Source: an uncultured Chloroflexia bacterium
Lineage (GTDB): Bacteria; Chloroflexota; Limnocylindria; Limnocylindrales; CSP1-4
Length of the DNA stretch: 64,000 nucleotides
NCBI GenBank assembly: GCA_963734535.1
Contig: CAVTHS010000014.1
Location: forward strand, 96,001-160,000
Direction of reading: 5' to 3'
Part shown: positions 58,279-64,000 of the stretch, one piece after another
Layout of the letters: each line of letters opens with the position of its first letter
How positions within the stretch are numbered: the stretch's first letter is position 1
Notes under the pieces: model-generated
What the model saw: only the letters and a program-made list of their open reading frames with translations
Told to the model about the DNA's origin: nothing
Database searches by the model: none
Translations under genes and position numbers: made by a program

Positions 58279-59919
58279 ATGGTGGCATTCGTCGGAGGGC
58301 GTAGCGTGGTGGGCCGGGTCGCCGGTCGCCGCTCGGCGACGGCGATTGCCGTCGCGATATGCCTGGCGCTGGGCGGCACGACGCTGGCCGTCGCGGCGAT
58401 CCGCGCGGTCGTCCCGGACGCGGCCCCCGTCTACCTGCTGGCCGTCCTGGCGGTCGGCATGCTCCACGGGACGGCGCCCGCGGTGGTGACGTCGGTCGGC
58501 GCGTTCCTGCTCTACGACTTCCTGTTCGTCCAACCCGTGTACACGTTCACGATCTCGAGCCCGGACGAGTGGCTCAACCTGCTCCTCCTGCTGGCCGTGG
58601 CCGTCGTCATCGGGCGTCTCGCGGCGCTCCAGACGCAGCGCGCGCAGGAGGCGGCGGACCGCGCGCTCGAAGCGGAGTCGCTCTACGGGATCACCGGCGT
58701 CCTCGCCTCGACGAGGACCGTCGCCGAGGCCACGCCGCTTGTCCTGGCCCGGCTTGCAGAGACCACCGCGATGGATCGCGTCTGGTTCGGGCTCGGGCCG
58801 GCGCCCACCGAGGAGCGGATCGTCGCCGACACGGCCGCGGCCGAGGCGCTGCCGGTGCCGGGCTGGCACGTCGTCCTGCAGCGCCCTTCCGACGGCCCGG
58901 TGCGCTGGGCGCGGACCCACGTGGGCCGGCCCGGCGCGCGGCGATCCGAGAAGGCGGTCGTCCACCGCGTCCGCGTCGAGGTCGCCGGCGAGCTTCTCGG
59001 CTCGCTCTGGGCGCTGCGGGCCCGCGCCGAGCACGATCCGGACCGCGCCGAGACCCGGATCCTGGCGGCCGCAGCGGACCAGCTCGGCCAGGCCGTGGTC
59101 CGGGACCGCCTGTCGGAGGAGGCCACGAACGCCGCGATCCTCCGCGAGAGCGAGTCGCTGAAGTCCGCGCTGCTGGACTCGGTCTCCCACGACCTGCGGA
59201 CACCGCTCGCCACGATCCGCGCGGCCGCCGGCAGCATGCTGGATCGAAGCATCGGCTGGAGCGAGGAAGAGCAGCTCGGGGCCTTCCAGACCATCGATGC
59301 CGAGGCCGAGCGGATGGGCCGGCTCGTGCGCAACCTCCTGGACCTGAGCCGGATCGAGGGCGGTGCGCTCAGGCCGGAGCTGGCCGCCCAGGATGCGGGA
59401 GAGCTGGCTCGACAGGCCGTAAGCCGGACGCACGCGCAGGGGAAGACGATCCGGGTCGACATCCCGCTGTCACTGCCGCCCGTCCTCGTCGACGACGTCT
59501 ACATGGGCCAGGTCCTGGCCAACCTGCTCGAGAACGCGGTTCGGTACGGCGGTCCCACGATCGTGGTCCAGGCCCGCTTCCTGCCCGACGAGTCCACCGT
59601 CGAGGTGAGCGTCGCCGATGACGGCGACGGCGTCCCGGTTCGCGCCCTGGCCCACCTCTTCGACAAGTTCTACCAGGTGCCCAGGTCGGACGACCTGTCC
59701 CGGCGCGGGATGGGAATCGGCCTGACGGTGGTGGCAGGGCTCACGCGCGCGATGGGTGGCACGGTCCGCGCCCAGCGTGCCGTTGCCGGCGGCCTCGTGG
59801 TCGTGGTCCGGCTGCGCGCCGCAGACGCCCCACCCTCCGCAGACGCGTCGCCGACCGCAGACGCGTCGCCGGCGGACCGTAACGAGCGCACCCCGGTTAC
59901 CGCCGAGAGGGCCCGATGA
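58279..59919 (+). CDS. kdpD: KdpD-like sensor kinase lacking the N-terminal KdpD/Usp domains
   Basis: Four-TM region (YDFLFVQP.YTF), GAF-like region, VSHDLRTPL, NLLENA, D.G.G and GMGIGL motifs. Confidence 0.85.
   Translation: MVAFVGGRSVVGRVAGRRSATAIAVAICLALGGTTLAVAAIRAVVPDAAPVYLLAVLAVGMLHGTAPAVVTSVGAFLLYDFLFVQPVYTFTISSPDEWLNLLLLLAVAVVIGRLAALQTQRAQEAADRALEAESLYGITGVLASTRTVAEATPLVLARLAETTAMDRVWFGLGPAPTEERIVADTAAAEALPVPGWHVVLQRPSDGPVRWARTHVGRPGARRSEKAVVHRVRVEVAGELLGSLWALRARAEHDPDRAETRILAAAADQLGQAVVRDRLSEEATNAAILRESESLKSALLDSVSHDLRTPLATIRAAAGSMLDRSIGWSEEEQLGAFQTIDAEAERMGRLVRNLLDLSRIEGGALRPELAAQDAGELARQAVSRTHAQGKTIRVDIPLSLPPVLVDDVYMGQVLANLLENAVRYGGPTIVVQARFLPDESTVEVSVADDGDGVPVRALAHLFDKFYQVPRSDDLSRRGMGIGLTVVAGLTRAMGGTVRAQRAVAGGLVVVVRLRAADAPPSADASPTADASPADRNERTPVTAERAR
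59821..59874 (+). repeat. 3 x 18-bp tandem repeat in the KdpD C-terminal tail
   Basis: GCAGACGC-led units encoding ADAPPS/ADASPT/ADASPA. Confidence 0.7.
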
Positions 59920-60653
59920 TCGCCTCCGGGGCGTGGTTGCTGGTCGTCGAGGACGAGGAGCCTGCCCGGCGCCTGCTGCGGGCGTACCTCGCTCGACGCG
60001 GCTACCGCGTGGACGAGGCGGCTTCCGCCAGGGAGGCGATGCGTGCCTGGGAGGCGCACCGGCCGGATCTCGTCCTTCTCGACCTGGGCCTTCCCGACCT
60101 CGATGGCGTCGAGGTCATCCGGCGCATCCGGCGCGACGCCGTCACCCCCATCATCGTGCTGTCGGCCCGGGGTGAGGAGCGCGACAAGGTCGCCGGCCTG
60201 GAGGCGGGCGCCGACGACTACCTGTCCAAGCCGTTCTCGATCGGCGAGCTCGAGGCGCGCATCCACGCGGTGCTGCGTCGGCTTGGGCCCGACGTGGGTC
60301 CGGACGGCAGGCTGCGGCTCGGGCCGATCGAGCTCGACCCGGTCCGCCGCTCCGTCACCGCGGCCGGGGATCCGGTCCATCTCTCCCCGCGTGAGTACGA
60401 GCTGCTCAAGGTGCTCCTGTCCAACCAGGGCCGGCTCGTGACACGCGAGCGCCTGCTCCGGGCGGTTTGGGGCCGCGAGCACGCGGGTGCGCGCGAGTAT
60501 CTCCACGTCTACATCGGACGGCTTCGGCATAAGCTGGCCGACGCGGGCGTCGGTCCCGCGATCGAGCAGATGATCGCGACGGAGCCAGGGATCGGGTATC
60601 GCGTGGCGGCTCCGACGCCCGCGGCGCCGCTCGAGGCGCCGGCTCCGGTCTGA
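59916..60653 (+). CDS. kdpE: KdpE response regulator (OmpR family)
   Basis: LDLGLPDLDG, GADDYLSKPF, YLHVYIGRLR and TEPGIGYR motifs. Confidence 0.9.
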   Translation: MIASGAWLLVVEDEEPARRLLRAYLARRGYRVDEAASAREAMRAWEAHRPDLVLLDLGLPDLDGVEVIRRIRRDAVTPIIVLSARGEERDKVAGLEAGADDYLSKPFSIGELEARIHAVLRRLGPDVGPDGRLRLGPIELDPVRRSVTAAGDPVHLSPREYELLKVLLSNQGRLVTRERLLRAVWGREHAGAREYLHVYIGRLRHKLADAGVGPAIEQMIATEPGIGYRVAAPTPAAPLEAPAPV

Positions 60654-60718
60654 CGCGCGCCGGTCTCGACAGATCCGACCCGAGCGGGCAGCCGATGGGC
60701 GTGGCGCCAGCCCAAACG

Positions 60719-60740
60719 TTTAGGCCGACTTAAGGCCGCC
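60719..60740 (+). promoter_or_regulatory. 11-bp direct repeat, candidate KdpE binding site
   Basis: TTTAGGCCGAC-TTAAGGCCGCC about 50 nt upstream of the operon's first ATG. Confidence 0.55.
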
Positions 60741-60790
60741 GGTGCCCGGAAGCAGGCCGGCCTCTTGGACCCCGGGCGGATGCTCGAGGC

Positions 60791-61060
60791 ATGCCACACG
60801 TGAGCGGCCCCGACGCGTTCAGGGACGGAACCACCGCCTACCGCCTGGCGAGCGAGGTGCGAGAGGTCGAATCCGCGATGGCGCTGGTCCGATCCGGGGC
60901 CGCGACCCGCGTCACACTCACCGGCCTGCGCTTCGCCGAGGCCGTCCTCCGGCAGCTCAGCCCGGATGCGCAGCGCGATGGCATCGCGCTCGACCCGCTC
61001 TACTGGCCCGACGATTCGGGCTGCGACGTCGTCGTGAGGCGAACCGATGACGACGCCTGA
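60791..61060 (+). CDS. Hypothetical 89-aa protein at the head of the kdp operon
   Basis: GC-rich third codon positions, overlaps the next gene, GATGCT 6 nt upstream. Confidence 0.6.
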   Translation: MPHVSGPDAFRDGTTAYRLASEVREVESAMALVRSGAATRVTLTGLRFAEAVLRQLSPDAQRDGIALDPLYWPDDSGCDVVVRRTDDDA

Positions 61061-61472
61061 CCGCGCGGCCCGGGTCCTGCTCGTCGAGGACGACCTTGGC
61101 CTCTCGGGAATCATCGAGCGTCACCTTTGCGCTCGCGGCCACGACGCGCGCGCGTCGGCGTCGGTCGAGGATGCGATCGAGTTGCTCCGGGCGGGTTTTC
61201 GGCCGACCGTGGTCCTGCTGGACATCAACCTGCCGGGGGCGTCGGGCTGGAACCTGCTCCGCGGTCCCGAGCTGGCGGCGGCCGGATCGCCGCCCGTCTA
61301 CGTGGTCAGCGCGACGTCGATCCCCACGGCGCGCCTCCGCGAGTTCAACGTGGCCGGCTTCCTGCCGAAGCCGTTCGCACTGCCGACGCTCGTCGACGTC
61401 GTGGAGCGGACGCACCCAACGGGCGAAGGCGCAGCCGAGACCGTGGCCGGAGGAGGCCTGGATGCTCTTTGA
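61047..61472 (+). CDS. Single-domain response regulator (receiver only)
   Basis: LLVEDD, LLDINLPG, VSA and FLPKPF motifs. Confidence 0.85.
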   Translation: MTTPDRAARVLLVEDDLGLSGIIERHLCARGHDARASASVEDAIELLRAGFRPTVVLLDINLPGASGWNLLRGPELAAAGSPPVYVVSATSIPTARLREFNVAGFLPKPFALPTLVDVVERTHPTGEGAAETVAGGGLDAL

Positions 61473-61554
61473 CCTCGCGATGATCGCCCTGACCCTGGTC
61501 TGGGCACTCGCGTTCTTCGCGTTCCTGTGGCTTGCGAGGAAGCTCGCTCGATGA
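61462..61554 (+). CDS. 30-aa hydrophobic peptide upstream of kdpF
   Basis: MLFDLAMIALTLVWALAFFAFLWLARKLAR; GGAGGAGG RBS; ATGA overlap with kdpF. Confidence 0.7.
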   Translation: MLFDLAMIALTLVWALAFFAFLWLARKLAR

Positions 61555-61640
61555 ACCTCGGCGACCTCGTGGGGGGCGTGATCGCACTCCTGCTCGGCGT
61601 GTACCTCTTCTGGACCCTTCTCCGGCCCGAGGACTTCTGA
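61551..61640 (+). CDS. kdpF: K+-transporting ATPase subunit F
   Basis: MNLGDLVGGVIALLLGVYLFWTLLRPEDF (YL..LL.PE.F motif). Confidence 0.9.
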   Translation: MNLGDLVGGVIALLLGVYLFWTLLRPEDF

Positions 61641-61643
61641 GCA

Positions 61644-63356
61644 ATGCCCAACCTCCCGGGCCTGGTCCAGATCGTCACGGTCCTGGCCGCCATCGTCCTG
61701 GTGACCCGCCCGCTGGGCGGGTACATGCGGCGCGTGTTCGAGGGCGAGCGGACGTTCCTCTCCCCTGTCATGCGACCCATCGAGCGCGGGATCTATCGGG
61801 TCATGGGCGTGGACGAGACCGTCGAGCAGCGCTGGACCGGCTACGCGGTGTCGATCCTGGTCTTCGCCTTCGTCGGCATCCTCGTCCTGTACGTCCAGCA
61901 GCGGGTCCAGGGCTCGTTGCCGCTCAATCCGAACGGCTTCGGAGCGGTTCCCCAGGACCTCTCGTTCAACACCGCCGTCAGCTTCGAGACCAACACGAAC
62001 TGGCAGAACTACAGCGGCGAGAACACGCTGAGCTACCTGACCCAGATGGCCGGGCTCACGGTTCGGAACTTCACCTCGGCCGCGATGGGTCTCGTGGTTG
62101 CCATCGCCCTGGCTCGCGGGCTGGTCCGACGCTCGGCGACAACCATCGGCAACTTCTGGGTGGACGTGACTCGGAGCACGCTCTACATCCTGCTCCCGAT
62201 CGCCTTCGTGGCGGCGCTCGTGCTGGTCTCCCAGGGTGTCGTCCAGACCCTCAATGCCTCGACCACCGTCCATACGCTCCAGGGAGCAAGCCAGACGATC
62301 AGCGTCGGTCCGTTCGCGTCGCAGGAGGCGATCAAGGAGCTCGGCAACAACGGCGGCGGCCCCTTCAACGCCAACTCGGCCCATCCCTTCGAGAATCCCA
62401 ACGGGCTCACGAACTGGCTCGAGATGTTCCTGATCCTGCTGATCCCGTTCGGCCTCACCAACACCTTCGGGCGGATGGCCGGCAACGAGAAGCAGGGCTG
62501 GGCGCTGTTCGCCGCCATGATGGTGCTCCTCGTCGTGGCGATCGCCGTGGTGACCTGGAGCGAGCAGCAGGGCAACCCGCTCTACCCGCAGGCCGTGAAC
62601 ACGGCCCTCGGCAACATGGAAGGCAAGGAGGTCCGCTTCGGCGCCGACACGAGCGCCTTCTTCGCCGCGGTGACGACCGGCACGAGCACCGGGGCCGTCA
62701 ACTCGATGCACGACAGCTTCCTGCCGCTCGGGGGCATGGTGCCGCTGGTCCTCATCCAGCTCGGCGAGATCACCCCCGGCGGAATCGGTGCCGGCTTCTA
62801 CGGCCACGTGATCTTCGGGGCGATCCTGGCCGTCTTCATCGCGGGCCTCATGGTCGGGCGGACCCCCGAGTACCTTGGCAAGAAGATCGAGTCATACGAG
62901 ATCAAGATGGCCATCCTGGCGGTGCTGGCCATGGGTGGCAGCATCCTCATCTTCTCGGCCATCGCGTCGGTCGCTCCAGCGGGTCTCGCCGGGCCCCTGA
63001 ACTCCGGGCCGCACGGCTTCAGCGAGATCCTCTACGCGTTCTCGAGCCAGACCGGCAACAACGGCTCGGCGTTCGCGGGCCTGACCGGCAACACCCTCTT
63101 CTACAACCTGTCGGGAGCCTCGGCGATGCTCATCGGCCGCTTCGCGGAGATCATCCCGGCCCTCGCGATCGCCGGGTCGATGGCGGCCAAGCGGCGGGTC
63201 GCGCCGTCGCTCGGAACCTTCCCGACCACGGGTCCCATCTGGGTCGCGCTGCTCATCGGGGTGATCGTGATCGTCGGCGCACTCACCTTCTTCCCGGCGC
63301 TCTCGCTGGGCCCAATCGTGGAGCAGCTCAAGATGGCCGCAGGCCAGGTGTTCTGA
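61644..63356 (+). CDS. kdpA: K+-transporting ATPase subunit A
   Basis: FNTAVSF.TNTNWQ.Y, KELGNNGGG, NSAHPFENP, GRTPEYLGKKI and NNGSAFAG motifs. Confidence 0.97.
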   Translation: MPNLPGLVQIVTVLAAIVLVTRPLGGYMRRVFEGERTFLSPVMRPIERGIYRVMGVDETVEQRWTGYAVSILVFAFVGILVLYVQQRVQGSLPLNPNGFGAVPQDLSFNTAVSFETNTNWQNYSGENTLSYLTQMAGLTVRNFTSAAMGLVVAIALARGLVRRSATTIGNFWVDVTRSTLYILLPIAFVAALVLVSQGVVQTLNASTTVHTLQGASQTISVGPFASQEAIKELGNNGGGPFNANSAHPFENPNGLTNWLEMFLILLIPFGLTNTFGRMAGNEKQGWALFAAMMVLLVVAIAVVTWSEQQGNPLYPQAVNTALGNMEGKEVRFGADTSAFFAAVTTGTSTGAVNSMHDSFLPLGGMVPLVLIQLGEITPGGIGAGFYGHVIFGAILAVFIAGLMVGRTPEYLGKKIESYEIKMAILAVLAMGGSILIFSAIASVAPAGLAGPLNSGPHGFSEILYAFSSQTGNNGSAFAGLTGNTLFYNLSGASAMLIGRFAEIIPALAIAGSMAAKRRVAPSLGTFPTTGPIWVALLIGVIVIVGALTFFPALSLGPIVEQLKMAAGQVF

Positions 63357-63357
63357 G

Positions 63358-64000
63358 ATGATCAATCCAGCCCGCACGCCGACTATCGGGGCACGCCTCG
63401 TCCGGGCGGTCATCGACACGGGTCGCGGCACCCGCCGCATCCAGCGCGCCGAGCGCGAGGCGACCGCCGGAGCGCCGGGCGCCCCGAGGACGCCGCGGGG
63501 CATCTTCGATCCTGCCCTGCTGCGAGCCGCGCTCCGGCCGGCCCTTCGCAAGCTCGACCCGCGCGAGCTCTACAGGAACCCGGTCATGTTCGTCGTGGAG
63601 GTGACCGCAACGCTCGTCGCGCTGGTCTTCCTGGCCGACCTGGCGGGCATCACGACGGCCGCGACGGGCGAGGTCGGGCGGTCGCTGGGCTTCGAGCTCC
63701 AGATCGCGGCGTGGCTCTGGTTCACGGTCTACTTCGCCACGTACGCCGAGGCGCTCGCGGAGGCGCGCGGCAAGGCCCAGGCCGCGTCGCTGCGCAAGAC
63801 GCGTTCCGAGACGGCTGCCCACCGGCGGCGAGCCGACGGGACGCTCGAGGACGTCGGCTCGTCGCTCCTCCGCTCGGGAGACGTCATCGTGGTACGGGAC
63901 GGCGAGACGATCCCGGGAGACGGCGATGTCATCGAAGGCGTGGCCTACGTCAACGAAGCCGTCATCACCGGGGAGTCCGCCCCGGTCCTCAAGGAACCGG
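63358..64000 (+). CDS. kdpB: K+-transporting ATPase subunit B (5' part, runs off the window)
   Basis: KLDPR...NPVMFVVE, LWFTV.FA..AEA.AE.RGKAQA and ITGESAPV motifs. Confidence 0.93.
   Translation, partial: MINPARTPTIGARLVRAVIDTGRGTRRIQRAEREATAGAPGAPRTPRGIFDPALLRAALRPALRKLDPRELYRNPVMFVVEVTATLVALVFLADLAGITTAATGEVGRSLGFELQIAAWLWFTVYFATYAEALAEARGKAQAASLRKTRSETAAHRRRADGTLEDVGSSLLRSGDVIVVRDGETIPGDGDVIEGVAYVNEAVITGESAPVLKEP

Noticed and set aside
60654-60790. c-di-AMP (ydaO) riboswitch before kdp
   Set aside because: No recognisable ydaO motifs by eye; an Infernal search would settle it

Overview
High-GC bacterial chromosome segment spanning the replication origin. Lipoprotein-type YidC and ABC binding proteins, DciA and the gene content suggest a monoderm, plausibly Chloroflexota (inference only). 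From left to right: (1) 0.3-22.9 kb deoxyhexose catabolism island: fucI/fucU/LacI plus a sugar ABC transporter, a RhaD-like aldolase, an uncharacterised PHP + aldolase/SrlD-like fusion + SorE-like operon, and rhaI-rhaB-rhaM-rhaSQPT with a DeoR regulator. (2) 23.0-38.6 kb inositol-lipid/glycosylation locus: ArsR, PIP synthase, Ino1, two PatA-like acyltransferases, a PHP hydrolase and PimA, facing a ~1700-aa double GT-C protein (Gpi18/GT87-like + PMT with a ~400-aa inserted domain), another GT-C, a DUF2723/TMEM260-like protein and a GT2 polyprenyl-P-sugar synthase. This is the best candidate for an undescribed system. (3) DUF151 nuclease, a membrane PP2C pseudophosphatase, dciA-recF-dnaN-oriC-dnaA and rpmH-rnpA-yidD-yidC-jag. 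(4) VanW protein, P1B-5 ATPase with hemerythrin, SIS protein, HTH regulator and a Tm-1-like pair. (5) kdpDE, two extra genes, two small peptides, kdpA and partial kdpB. Seven or eight frameshifts, all equivalent to one extra base, look like systematic assembly errors. I saw no rRNA, tRNA, CRISPR array or IS element. All family calls come from motif recognition by eye; no searches were run.
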